A DNA stretch of 64,000 bases from Antedon mediterranea (taxonomy: Eukaryota > Animalia > Echinodermata), in assembly GCF_964355755.1 (NCBI RefSeq), contig NC_092675.1, forward strand, positions 16,340,912 to 16,404,911, given 5' to 3'. Within the stretch, counting starts at the first letter, position 1; every line of letters starts with the position of its first letter. The notes below the pieces were generated by a model. That model ran no database searches. It was not told the origin of the DNA and saw only the letters and a program-made list of their open reading frames with translations. Of the stretch, positions 1 through 13,450 are shown piece after piece. The position numbers and the translations under genes are program-made.

Positions 1-188
1 TAAACTAATTTGTGTTATAATTGATGTTCTATTCAACTGGTTCCGAACTAAATGTCAATAAGGTATTTAAGGGTTGTACGTAGGGGAAAAGCTCCTGGAA
101 GCTAAAAATGTTGGGAAATAAAGATTGTAAACAATAATAAAGAGTAAATTTAAAAGCGTAATATAAAAAACTAAGTTAATAAACTATC

Positions 189-1911
189 GAAAGAACTTTA
201 TTCAATCTCAAAGAAACTTGCAAATAAAACCAAACAACTACAAAGACCAGTGAAGGACAGACAAGGAAATGTTTTACAAGCCAAAGAAGACCAAGCACAA
301 AGATGGGCAGAGTATTTTGAAGGATTATTGAATCGACCATCACCAGATGAGACGGTAGACATTCCACCAGCTGAAAACATTCTTCAGATCAACTGTAATA
401 AACCAAGAAGAGAAGAGATCAAGAAAGCTATAAAACATTTGAAGACCGGAAAGTCACCAGGACCAGACGAAATACCACCCGAAGCACTTAAGGCCGACCT
501 GAACACATCATCACAGATGATGATGGAAATAATCAACATGATATGGGAAATTGAGGAAATACCAAAGGACTGGAAGAAGGGATACATTGTAAAATTACCA
601 AAGAAAGGCGATCTAATTGAATGCAAAAACTATAGAGGGATAACCATGCTCTCAGTAGCAGGAAAAGTGTTTAACCGAATCCTACTAGACAGAATGATAG
701 CGGGAGTCGATAGGACCTTAAGAGACAACCAAGCAGGATTTAGGAAAGAGAAATCATGCACTGACCATATTGCCACACTCAGAATAATATTGAATGGAAC
801 ACACCACTTTGGATGAATTTCATTGACTACGAAAAAGCTTTTGACAGTTTAGACAGACCAACTTTGTGGAAGATAATGAGGCACTACGGCATACCAGAAA
901 AGTTCATACAAATAATCAGCAAATCATATACAGGAGTCACATTTCAGGTTTTACATGAGAAGTCTTACCAGGGAATTTGAAATTAAAACAGGTGTAAGAC
1001 AAGGAGGATTGATGTCTCCGTTCCTGTTCAATCTTGCAATAGACTGGATAATGAAAGAAACAACACAAGGAAAAAGAAATGGGATTCAATGGACTTTATG
1101 GGAACAATTAGAAGACTTGGACTATGCTGACGACATTGTTCTGTTGTCACAAACACATCAGCAAATGCAAACCAAAACCAGACTTCTTGAAGAAACATCA
1201 AGTATGCTTGGCTTAAATGTAAACATAGCGAAAACTAAAGTAATGGTGGTCAACACACGAAATAATCAGGCAATCCAGCTAATAAGGAAAGGAGAAGCAG
1301 AACCAGTGGAAACTTTTACTTACCTTGGTAGCAAAGTCAACATCAGAGGAGGGACAGAGGAAGATGTAAAAGGAAGGATTGGGAAAGCACAGGTGACTTT
1401 CAATATACTAATAAAAGTATGGAAGGCAAGATTCATCAGCACAGAAACAAAGATCAAAATATTCAACTCAAATGTCAAATCAGTACTGTTATATGGATCA
1501 GAAACATGGAGAACTACTAATCAAATAATAAGGAAAATCCAAGTGTTCATCAATAAATGCCTGAGAAGGATTCTCAGAATATGGTGGCCAGAAAAAATAA
1601 GAAATGAGGATCTATGGGTTAGGACTGGACAAGAGCCGGTGGAATTTGAAATTAGCAGAAGGAAATGGAAATGGATTGGTCACACACTAAGGAAACCAAA
1701 ACACAACATAACTTGGCATGCCCTAACATGGAATCCCCAAGGAAAACGAAAAAGAGGACGCCCAAGGAACACATGGAGGAGGGAACTGGATAAGGAGGTG
1801 AAGGATGCTGGCTATAACTGGACAGAATTGCCCAGAACCGTGTGAGATGGAGACGTGTAGTTGATGGCCTATGCACTGATAGGTGTAACAAGGCTTAAGT
1901 AAGTAAGTAAG
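189..1911 (+). mobile_element. 5'-truncated RTE-clade LINE retrotransposon (frameshifted reverse transcriptase)
   Basis: ORFs 250-816 (KSPGPDEIP, NYRGITMLS, NQAGFR) and 955-1845 (GVRQG, YADD, LLYGSETW, RKWKWIGH, GKRKRGRPRNTW) are RTE-type RT. It ends in a (TAAG)n tail at 1896-1911. An 11-bp target-site duplication AATAAACTATC lies at 178-188 and 1912-1922. Confidence 0.93.
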
Positions 1912-2620
1912 AATAAACTATCTACTGGTGGACACCATCTCGCTATGTTTCGGGTTTGGAATAGATATACACATGGTGTGAATTGATAAAGGTAAATAAA
2001 CTATCCATCCGGTGTTTCTCAGCTTGTTCTTATGAAATATTATTGTAATGTTTTTTTCAACTCATTGCCATAATTACTAAATGGGTAATAAATGATTATT
2101 GACTAGGTCTTCTTTTTGACAGATTGACTATTGTTATTTTAGGTGCACCTACACGACGTACTGATTAGACGTTCAAAGCTGTTCACACATCAACAAATAC
2201 AGTGCGTGGGGAACGCGGTGTACACACCAACCTCTTACTGAATGATCGACTGATTTCTTATATAATTAATCATAAGCGACAAGACAAGATATATAATACA
2301 TATATATATTCAATACTCTACAAATAGACTATTTTATTTATAATTTATTGTATAATGCTGATAGCCTAAACTTTCATACTGAAGTTCTTTCATGTATTAC
2401 ACCCTTGTTATATGATTGAAAATGTTCATCTGGTTTGTAGGTATAAGTATATTGGAAATATTATTTTTATTGGTTTGAAAAAAAGAATATTTCCAATACA
2501 CCCTTGTTATAGTTTCAATTAGTTGTTAAACAGGCTGCCTAGTGTATCTCAGGTTCTAGGCCTTAGTCCACTTGTAGATGCAGTGCAATATGTCTTTAAT
2601 ACCATGAGTGAAATGGCTTC

Positions 2621-5600
2621 CTATGAGCTGTATTTCCCATCACCATCAGTCTCATGGCTGTAACTAGCAGCTATTCCTTTCCTTCCTTGTACTGCTAACA
2701 CTACATCAGTTTCTCCAAGCTTTGGTTGCAATCCCTGCCACGACCTTTGAGCAAGAAATTGACCTGCAAGTCAAACATGATACATAGTAGAAAACTTTAA
2801 TTACAGTGATGTAGCCACAAGAAATAAAGTGGTCCGGTTTTCGCAGGAAAAGGGCACAATCTCTGTTCAAGCCACTGGGTAGTTAGTAATTAATAATTAG
2901 GAAATATCCCGACATTGGAATCCCATAATAGAGCTCAGGAAAACCATAGGCCAGCAGAATGACATTGTAATATAAAAGAATCATAATGCATGAGCAAACA
3001 TAGGTTGTATGTGACAACCAAAATGAAACTTATTATGTGAGCATCATTCAATCAATTTCTCAATTATTAAAACAGTTACCTGGATTAACATGGACATTAC
3101 TCAATGCAAGAGCATGGTCTCTTTTAATAAGTGCATTATTTGAATCTACCAGTTCCTCCTCCTCATCCACGCCCATCATCCTTACTGAACCCGTCACCAG
3201 TGAAATGTCAGTTTTTAGCTTAACCATATCGTCACTGCCGTATGCAACATGATCATCGGCACCTAAGAATATATATATAATAATCAATTCATTTCACATT
3301 TACAACATCTGAAGTTTAAGGTGGGAGGTGGTGATTTTTAGGTCAACAGTGCCCTCGATCTATTATTGTTGGCATGTATCTCGATCAGTTTCCATGAAGG
3401 GTAAAATAAAAAATAGAGGGCGCTATAGAAAATCACTGATGCATGCAATTTCAACTATGCCTGTGAGCCTAGGTGCGAGTAGTGTTTGTTTCACATTTCT
3501 GAACTGTACCTGGTAAAAGTTTCCGAAAATCAGTAATATAGGTACCATTCCATTCACGTGCTTCATTAAATGCAATCTCCATTTCAAATGGTGTGATGAT
3601 TGGTCGATAAAACTCTTTTGAATCAATCAAACTATTCTCCGGGCAGGCAACCAATACGTAAACATCAACCTCGGTAAAATTTGCCATTTTTGGAACGTTT
3701 AATTTACCCATAACAAATGTATAACTTTTCTTGCCTACACGTTTAATAAGTGCTTTTAAACGTGATATGACGGATAGGTAGTCCTTCACGCCTAATGTAC
3801 CCGCTACGATCCCGATAACGTTTGCATCTTTTGCTTTTTCTATCATGTAATATCGTTTCATCAAAGCCCTGTTCACATCCAATGTTTCTCGTCGACTCAA
3901 ATTCGTTGCAGGATCAAAAGAATAAAATTTACATTTGTTAAAAGTCATAAGAAAATTAGTTAAAGTTGTGCTTTCTCCTCCAATGTAAAACACTATGTAA
4001 TTTGAAATATCCTTTTCCTTGGGTAAGACAAAACTGCGGCCAAATTGCTGGTAGACTGTTCCTATACTTGAGATTGATTCCTCATCTGATGGGCTATCCT
4101 CGGTCTGTTCACATTGGCTTGTTTTGCATCTATTATCTATACACTCTCCTGATGGCTGGTTTATTCTTGATACAACCAAATTTGCATAATCATTTTGTAA
4201 TCTCGAGGCTAAATCATCTGCAAAACAAAAGTATTGTCAATTTATATAACATAAAGATTATGTTTTATTATACTTTAAAACCTAATCAGTTAAAGCTTGA
4301 ACATTAAACGCATAACATACCACATTCCATTTAGGTTATAGACAGCTAAAATAAATACATTTTGGCACACTTGGCATGTCATACCGATAAATTCAAACAG
4401 GGTGGCACTATTAAAAGAAGCAATGACTAGAAACTTGTGGCAAGTTTAGTTGGTTATTATTGAAAATAGTGTTTATCAAGTATGAATTGTAAACTAAACA
4501 AAAAATACAATAACAAACTGAAAATGTTGTAAATAAATTACCAGATAGATGGTTGTAAACTACATCACATAGTATAAGGACTGACTGATCTTCAGTGAAG
4601 AATTCTCGAAATGATCTTTCACATAAATCAAAGTCTATTGGTTGACAACCAAAAATGAGTAGTATGGGTAACCGACCAGTAGCGCTCAGACACGAACGTC
4701 CAAAATGAATGATTGCATCAGCGTTGGCGTGTTGAGCTGCAATCTCATCAACACAACAACTAATTAGACAAAATAAAGTTAATAAGTTTACATGCTTGAA
4801 TCCTTGCTTTAAAAAATATTGTAAAAACAGGCTTCCGTCTGGGCACACACGTAGAAGTCACAAGGTTTGACACCAAGAATTGTTGGTGCATACAATTATC
4901 CAGTTGACTAGTTTCAGCCACATGCGATTGGCCACTCACTCATACACAGTTTTAATATTCATATTTCAGAATTTCAAAGATTCAACAACTAAGATGATGC
5001 ACATGCGCTATGTTACGTTTACGATGTGGAGACACATTATCGCGAAGTGAAGTGTTGATGATGTGATGATGAAAGGCTAGAAATGATATTATATGCCTAG
5101 TAGTCTGGTAAACATTTCATGGGATTTTTCCCATGAACATGAAAACTTTTGATATGACAGGCTAGCTTCTCCGCAAATCAAACGTTGAATGGAATATTTA
5201 TTATGTAGAGATAATTTGATTTACATATCTTCTTAATTTTGAAACCAAATGATCATTGATTGATTTGAAACCCATATAGCCAAATACGGTATGATAACCT
5301 ACGCCATTCTTATCGGATGTTTGCGGCCTGAAAATCGATTTTTATATGTGTATCACACACTGTATTTTCAGACAAAAATCAAAATTTTTTTAAATAAATA
5401 AAAAAGACAATGAAAAAAGACTTGTGGCTTGTATTCAACTTTACAATGACCAATGTTTGATGAGTTTCCAGTCATCCGAATTCAGAGAAATTACTCAATT
5501 TGTTGGTGAGAATTTGTTTTTTTGGAAGATGATTTAAAATCCTTGTCTCTCTTGTTTGTAGGACATTCATTGCGAGCTATTTAGATAAGGCATTGTTTCT

Positions 5601-6687
5601 CTCTTTTATCATAATTTACCACAAAACGTACATTTAAGAAAAGGAATAATCTGGTTTAATGTTTTTTACATGTATTATTTTTTAAAAACATCAACAATTT
5701 TAGGAAATGGGTATTTAAATAGTATAAGCCTGCAAGCGTTTGCCTGCTCTGTGACACTTTGATGGCCTCCATCCACTGCATACCTGCCATAAGATGTATC
5801 TGCAAGAATGTAAAGCTTGCTGTTGGTTCTATTCTTCAATAGATGAACTACACTACTGGCATATGCAAGTAGACTATCAGGGAATTGCAAAGCAACCTAC
5901 AAATAGAGAGATTTGTTTAATTAGCAGACAATATATCTTTAATGATAGATTTTATAAATCTTAATTTTTCATGATTTTGGGAGACAATACTACTACAACA
6001 TTCCCCCATGTAAATTCAGACACAAATATAATCAGTTAAATAATACTGACAATTAAATAACCCACTCTAAATGTTTTAACAGATTTGTGTGATTTACAAG
6101 AGCTATCAATGGAGGAATAACCATGAGCTATCAAATGTAGTGGATAAAAATTGTCACATCCCTGGGCTGTAGGGTCAGTCTAATTACCAAAAACAACCAT
6201 AAACAACCGAACACAAACTGAAAACAAAATAAAAAAATCTAAATACTGAAAAAAAAATTATATAATATCGCCCTCTACAGATGAGTGTTTCTAAAGCGTT
6301 GGTTTCTGGATCAAAAGTCAAGACTAAAATCAAAATATTTTTATAGATTCTGTAGGCCTAAGTAAATGTGGTGTTATCATTTTACGATTTTTAGTTGTAT
6401 CCATCAGGGCAACATTTAAAAAGAAAATTATAGAAATTTGTTTTCGGTATTTAGAGTAATCAGGGAAGAGTGAAATTACACTCTTTTCTGCTGTAATTAA
6501 ACACAATAAATTCAAATAATCAATAACATTTTATACTTGCACATTTAAAATTGTTTTTAATAATGAACTCGACACATCTTTTAACTTCAAAATATTCTTC
6601 AATGTTAACAGTAGGAGGCTCACTACACCCACTGAAATCAACCTCTTTTCCAATTGCATCTTCAGCCTTGCTAAAAAACGCATCCAT
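2621..6687 (-). CDS. DPH2: Diphthamide biosynthesis protein 2, 6 coding exons, 503 aa
   Basis: Exons 6541-6687, 5784-5896, 4542-4759, 3510-4217, 3080-3262 and 2621-2763 splice in frame (1512 nt). Motifs: [76 protein letters not shown]. Intron 1 uses a GC donor. Confidence 0.93.
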
Positions 6688-6827
6688 GTTTAAAATTTCT
6701 GAAACATGAATTGGATTTGAAATTAGATTTTTAAGCATCTGAACTTAAAGGTAAAAGTGACTTATTTCAGCATTATTTATTCATTTTTTATTCAATTACA
6801 ATTTACATTCAACAATAATATTTAAAA

Positions 6828-7480
6828 CTAGAATTTAATTCGTCACTTTGACGAATTATAGGTGATGATTTTTATCATTTTAATGAAATTAACATTTTTT
6901 AAACATGCATGTACGTTAACATGCGATCGTAAAAAGTTGATGTACGCCATCCTATGACATGATGCATACACTTATAGTGCTGAGTTGTACCTATTATGTG
7001 TCGTATACAATATGTACAGTATATACCTGTATATCTATATACAGTGTAGCATAGGTGAAATTACGGGACCCACATCATGTTCTAATTTTTTGGTATGATG
7101 GAATTATCAAAATAAACTCGAAGATGACAATTTCGAAGGATAATGAATTGAGCAAATAAATATAAGAATTGGAAGAGAATTTGAAACGTAGAAGCGCGCT
7201 CTTTGAAATTTGTATAACTTTGACTAAAGAAATTTAAAAACTATTTTTAACTTCAACTGGCCATATTTCATCACGACATCCGATCAGCTTAATTTTTATA
7301 TGAATTCATATCTACATTTCACCAGCCCTCATAATAAGTTATAAACATCAAGGTCAACTTTAATTCAGAAGAGCTGTAAGGTATTCAAATATACATTGTA
7401 GGTGAAATTATATAACCACAGTTATTCAAATTTTAAGACGTGATGACGTCATCAAAATGAAAATATTGCCAACTCATGAG
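6828..7480 (-). mobile_element. Helitron-like non-autonomous element, family B, 3' portion
   Basis: Inverted homologue of 18089-18752. On the minus strand it ends with hairpin AATTCGTCA-AAG-TGACGAATT followed by CTAG|T. Confidence 0.6.
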
Positions 7481-7485
7481 TGAGT

Positions 7486-7646
7486 GAGTGAGTGGCCGAG
7501 CGGTTAAGACAGTGGAACCGTAATTACATAGCCATAACATCGGCAGGGGTTCGAGGCTCACTCACTTCATGGTTCTAGTGGTAGAACGAGTCTTCTCGGA
7601 TAAGGACTATAAACCGTAGGTCCAGTGTACACATCTAGCTCGTGTG
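7486..7646 (+). mobile_element. tRNA-derived SINE with Nin/Deu-type central domain, 3'-truncated
   Basis: Pol III A box TGGCCGAGCGG, B box GGTTCGAGGC and a GAGTGAG/CTCACTC stem, followed by GTCTTCTCGGATAAGGACTATAAACCGTAGGTCC, which resembles the Nin/Deu SINE core (recalled, not searched). Confidence 0.72.
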
Positions 7647-8060
7647 ACCTAATTAATTATCACCAATAATTATTCTACCTAGACAAGGCCTATTGTTGGA
7701 TACCTGCTTTACATACTGTACTAAATATCAACTCTGTCTGTAAAATCATCACTTTAAAGGATTTATTTTTTACGTTTTATGTGATTCGTCTTCATAAAAG
7801 TACTTACGAGGCCCAATTCTAAGGTGTGGTATTCACAATAAGTTACTTAACAAGTTTGGAGTCAAAAGGAAGTTGAAATAAAAAAAGGTCCGAAACGGAA
7901 CTAGCGCCAGTATGCCTACTATCTACTGGAGGTATATTCAGAGTGTCATTTCGACGATTGAGCATTCTCTACTTCTACGCCATCTATGCCTTTATTTACT
8001 TCCGAATTAGAAAGAGTACTATGGTAACTGCTCCAGTGAGGACCAAATTTAGCACTGGTG

Positions 8061-8714
8061 GAGCACAGTGATATAAAATAGAATTAAGTCACTAAATGTT
8101 AATATCTTTTCGTATGTTAATACACTGTGCTCAAGTGGACCCAATTTGGCGCCAGGAGAGCACAGTGATATAAAATAGAAATAAGTCACTGAATGTTAAT
8201 ATATTTTCGTATGTTAATACACTGTGCTCAAGTGGACACAATTTGATGCCAGTGGAGCACAGTGATATAAAATAGAAATAAGTCACTGAATTTTAATATC
8301 TTTTCGTATGTTAATACACTGTGCTAAAGTGGACACAATTTGATGCCAGTGGAGCACAGTGATATAAAATAGAAATAAGTCACTGAATTTTAATATCTTT
8401 TCATATGTTAATACACTGTGCTCAAAGTGGACACAATTTGATGCCAGTGGAGCACAGTGATATAAAATAGAAATAAGTCACTGAATTTTAATATCTTTTC
8501 GTATGTTAATACACTGTACTCAAGTGGACACAATTTGATGCCAGTGGAGCACAGTGATATAAAATAGAAATAAGTCACTGAATTTTAATATCTTTTCGTA
8601 TGTTAATACACTGTTCTCACGTGGACCCAAAATAGAAATAAATCACTGAATTTTAATATCTTTTCGTATGTTAATACACTGTGCTCAAGTGGACCCAATT
8701 TGGAGCCAGGAGAG
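8061..8714 (+). repeat. 97-bp tandem repeat array (~7 units), left arm of foldback element
   Basis: GAGCACAGTG recurs at 8061, 8158, 8255 and onward; each unit contains GAGCACAGTG...CACTGTGCTC. Confidence 0.9.
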
Positions 8715-11648
8715 TATACATATATCAAATGTGGGTGGATGGAGGTCACAGTAAGTTCACTGAACTTTAAAGCTCAGGTACAGGAATGAATTTTAAATAT
8801 AATATTTGGTTAATTGTACATAAATCAAATATTTGAAACAGAAATCAAGACGAAAAAACATGAATTTCCCTTAATATGGTCAAATACAAAATTTGGCAAA
8901 ATTCTGCCATAAAAATCAGGAAGATTTTTTTTCAGTAGTTAGGTAGTTTAACCTACCGGTAATGTAATAACATGTCTGGTGACTCCCTAGAAGGTGAAAA
9001 AAGATGGTGGATATACAGTGGATAATTTTTGCTATAGCATGAAAATAAAAATCTGAAGTTGAATAAAAATACCAGAAATGTAAAATTCAATTTATATTAC
9101 CTATATTTAGTCATCTGTTAACATTTTTTACCACACCGTTTATTTTTCATAGCTTTTTAAAATGCCTCTCTATTTACAAAATTTGTGTACAAAAGAATAG
9201 AGATTTTACTGTGTAATTTGAACTATTCCCCCATTGATAAGAAAGTGCTTATTTTCAACAAGCTCGTGTAACACAAAACAAATGCAAAAAAATTATGAAA
9301 CATAGGGGAAACTATAGATCGATAATTATTGGAATGTATGATCAATAGAAATTTTTTGCCCGCACCTGGCCTTTAAGTCGTGAAAAGGAAGATTTCTGTT
9401 TAAATTCATTTGAGAGTGAAGTCCAAAGTTTGGGACCAAAATAATAAATAGAAGATCGTCGAGCCTTAACATTTAAATTATCAAAGATATAATTGTTTAC
9501 AAATGATCTGGTTTTATAGGAATGGCGTTCATCAATTCTTGTAAATAAAGCACTGAAGGCAGTAAATTGTTAGATAAACGGTACATAAATGAGGCAACTT
9601 GTAATTTATTTAAATCATAAATGTTTAAAACATTAAATCTTTTAAAAAGTAATTTTGTATGGGCTCTAAATGATTCTCCCGCACAAATCCGAAGTGCACG
9701 TTTTTGTAGTTTAAAGAGGCGGTCTATATGAGTTTTCTCTAGACTTGTCCAGGGGCATAACGTATCAAATTTATCTAGAGTAATTGCCCAACATAAATTG
9801 GCATAAGAAAGGTAAGGCAAAACTAAAGTATTATAAAAGGTTAATAAGGTTTTTTGAGGGAAGATATGTTTTAATTTGTTCAATATTCCAACATTTCTGG
9901 AAACTAGATTACTGATTTTATTTATGTGCAGTTTCCAAGTCAAAGAGGCATCTATGGTTACTCCTAAAAATTGTGTTTCAATAACTCGTTCAATCAATTT
10001 GTTATCAATGTATATTTGTTCATTTAAAGAATTTGAAATTTTACGTTTAGAAAATATTATATAGTTCGTTTTGAATGTATTAAGAGTTAATTTATTATGC
10101 TTGAGCCAATTTGAGACTTTAAGTAACTCATCATTGACAATTTTAAACAAGGTATTTAATTTAGGATGAGAGAACAAAATATTTGTGTCGTCAGCAAATA
10201 AGATAACACACCACAGGTTAAACGGAAATAGGAAGAGTTAAAATTGTTTTAAGGAATTAAACTGAACACGATTGAAAAGGTAGCTTTTAATTACGGTAGT
10301 TTTAAAGGAAGGCCTCTGATACCGTAATTTGAAAGTTTATGAATTAAAATAAATCAAGGAAAATGCCAACAGAAAACTCATTTTTACTCAGGGCAATTGT
10401 AATTTTGTCAAAAATATCTAATAGGGCAAGATCTGTTGAATACTTTTTACTGAAACCATATTGGCCTTTAAATAAAATGTTATGTTTAGTTAAAAAGGAA
10501 GAAATTCGGTTAACTTATGCATTATTTTTTCAATTAATTTTGAGAAACAAGGAAGTAGGGAGATTGGTCTGTAGTTATTGAAATGGTGAGGATCTTCTTT
10601 CTTGTAGATAGGGATAACTTTAGCTATTTTAAAAGAATCAGGAAAAATACCGGTTTGAAAAGAAGTATTAAAAATGTGAGTTAAGGGTTTGCATATAAAA
10701 TTAGAAACACGTTTAATAATTTTATTGGAAAACCCATCAAACCCAGGAGATTTATTATCTTTAAGGGAAAATATTATACTGACAACTTCATGTTCGGTTA
10801 CTGGACTAAGAAAGAGAGAGTGTACACATGGACGAGGTAGGGTAGAAGTATAATTATCATTATCTGACACATGTATTTTGTTAATTAAATTTGGCCCTAT
10901 ATTAGTAAAATAATTATTGAATTCAATTGCAATTTGTTGAGGATTATTTAATTTAATGTCATTGTTAATAAAGTGAGAAGGGAACGGTTTACGAGATTTC
11001 TTGCCAAGGACTCCATTTATTGTTTGTATGTCACTGTAGTAATTCTTTTGGGCAGTACGAAGGATTTTGGTAGGTACATTTCGATATTTAAATATTTATC
11101 TTTGTCCTTTTGCTTTTTAGATATTAGAAATTTTTTATATAATTTGTGTTTTTTGTCGATAGATTTAATTAAGCCTTTAGTTATCCAAGGTTTTTTTTCT
11201 TTCTGAATATTGCGTCTGGAACAAGTGGTTTTAATGTTGTTATTATATAATGTACTAAATATGTCGTTGAATAATGCGTATCCCTGATTGGGTTCATTGG
11301 AGTTATAAATACTAGCCCAGTCAACATTTGACAAATCATTACTGTACTTAAGGCAGAAATTGAAATATCATTGATATCTTTTTTTGTGTACATATATTTT
11401 AAATTTGGTTTCAGATTTTGGAGAGGTTCTGATTTATGTATTGGCAAGAAAACAGGAAAGTGATCTGAGATGTCCGAATATAGAATAGAAATGTTATCGT
11501 ATAAATTATTGCAAAAAATATTGTCGATTAAAGTTGCAGAATTATGCGTAATTCTAGTTGGCCTAGTAAAATGAGGGTAATAATTGGATTGAAATAAAGT
11601 ATTAACAAAATCAGAAGTTCCTCTGTGTGTTTTAGAATTTAACAAGTT
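8715..11648 (-). mobile_element. Degenerate CR1-group (Crack/Daphne/L2-like) LINE
   Basis: Minus-strand ORFs 11181-11645 (endonuclease end: PTR, TLIDNIF, SDHFPVF), 11017-11334 (PWITKGL), 10490-10870 (KSPGFDG, NYRPISLLP) and 9497-10177 (FLGVTID..LTWKLHI). The RT core between TCGV and LFADDTN is deleted. The 97-bp array resumes at 11649. Confidence 0.88.
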
Positions 11649-12009
11649 ATATAAAATAGAAAAAAGTCACTAAATTATAATATCTTTTCGTATTTTAATA
11701 CACTGTGGACCCAATTTGGCACTAATCGGAGCACAGGGAAATAGTCACATACAAAAACATAGAGAAAAATACTTCTGGAATTTAAAAATATTTCAAACTT
11801 GGTATATGTTCAATATCGGTTACTCCATCCGTAAACCAAAAGAAAAAATAGTTTCAAGCCACATCAGTGATTTTAATAACTTGCGTTTGCTTAAGATAAT
11901 ACTTATGAAAGAACATACATTTTTTATACTTTAGCCATTAAAAAAAAGACATATATGTTAAAAATATGAATTATGTAGTAACATATTGTTACGCGCCAAA
12001 ATGGCTCCA

Positions 12010-13450
12010 CGTAAGCACAGTGTATTAACATACGAAAAGATATTAACATTCAGTGACTTATTTCTATTTTATATTACTGTGCTGCCCTGGCTCCAAATGG
12101 GTCCACTTGATCACAGTGTATTAAATACGAAAAGATATTAACATTCAGTGACTTTTTCCATTTTATTTCACTGTGCTCCCCTGGCTCCAAATTGTGTCCA
12201 CTTGAGCACAGTGTATTAACATACGAAAATATATTAAAATTTAGTGACTTTTTTCTATTTTATATCACTGTGCTCCACTGGCGCCAAATTGGGTCCACTT
12301 GAGCACAGTGTATTAACATACAAAAAGATATTAAAATTCAGTGACTTTTTTCTATTTTAAATCACTGTGCTCCCCTGGCTCCAAATTGTGTCCACTTGAG
12401 CACAGTGTATTAACATACGAAAATATATTAAAATTTAGTGACTTTTTTCTATTTTATATCACTGTGCTCTCCTGGCACCAAATTGGGTCCACTTGAGCAC
12501 AGTGTATTAACATACGAAAAGATATTAAAATTCAGTGACTTTTTTCTATTTTAAATCACTGTGCTCCCCTGGCTCCAAATTGTGTCCACTTGAGCACAGT
12601 GTATTAACATACGAAAATATATTAAAATTTAGTGAATTATTTCTATTTTGTATCACTGTGCTCCACTGGCTCCAAATTGGGTTCACTTGAGCACAATGTA
12701 TTAACATACGAAAAGATATCAGTGACTTATTTCTATTTTATATCACTGATGCTCCCCTAGCTTCAAATTGGGTCCACTTGAGCACAGTGTATTAACATAC
12801 GAAAAGATATTAAAATTCAGTGACTTTTTTCTATTTTATATCACTGTGCTCCACTGGCTCCAAATTGTGTCCACTTGAGCACAGTGTATTAACATACGAA
12901 AGAATATTAAAATTCAGTGACTTTTTTCTATTTTATATCACTGTGCTCCACTGGCTCCAAATTGTGTCCACTTGAGCACAGTGTATTAACATACGAAAAT
13001 ATATTAAAATTTAGTGACTTATTTCTATTTTCTATCACTGTGCTCCCCTGGCTCCAAATTGTGTCCACTTGAGCACAGTGTATTAACATACGAAAATATA
13101 TTAAAATTTAGTGACTTATTTTTATTTTCTATCACTGTGCTCCACTGGCTCCAAATTGGGTCCACTTGAGCACAGTGTATTAACATACGAAAAGATATTA
13201 AAATTCAGTGACTTATCTATTTATATCATTATCACTGTGCTCCTCACTGGCGCCAAATTGTGTTCACTTGAGCAGTGTATTAATTAAATACGAAAAGATA
13301 TTAAAATTCAATGACTTATTTCTATTTTATATCACTGTGCTCCTCAATGGAGCGCCAAATTGTGTCCACTTGACTCTTGAGCACAGTGTATTAACATACG
13401 AAAAGATATTAAAATTAGTGACTTATTTATTTTTTATATCACTGTGCTCT
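12010..13450 (-). repeat. 97-bp tandem repeat array (~15 units), right arm of foldback element
   Basis: Reverse complement of the 8061-8714 unit repeated in tandem. Confidence 0.9.

Noticed and set aside
6688-6738. Upstream in-frame ATG at 6738 as the DPH2 start
   Set aside because: MDAFFS at 6687 better resembles DPH2 N-termini and an acceptor-like AG lies between the two ATGs; not formally excluded.
7486-7567. Functional tRNA gene
   Set aside because: The anticodon arm does not pair convincingly, there is no poly-T terminator, and it runs directly into a SINE core.
8061-13450. Regular palindromic repeats resembling a CRISPR array
   Set aside because: Units are contiguous 97-bp tandem copies without unique spacers, there are no cas genes, and the context is eukaryotic.
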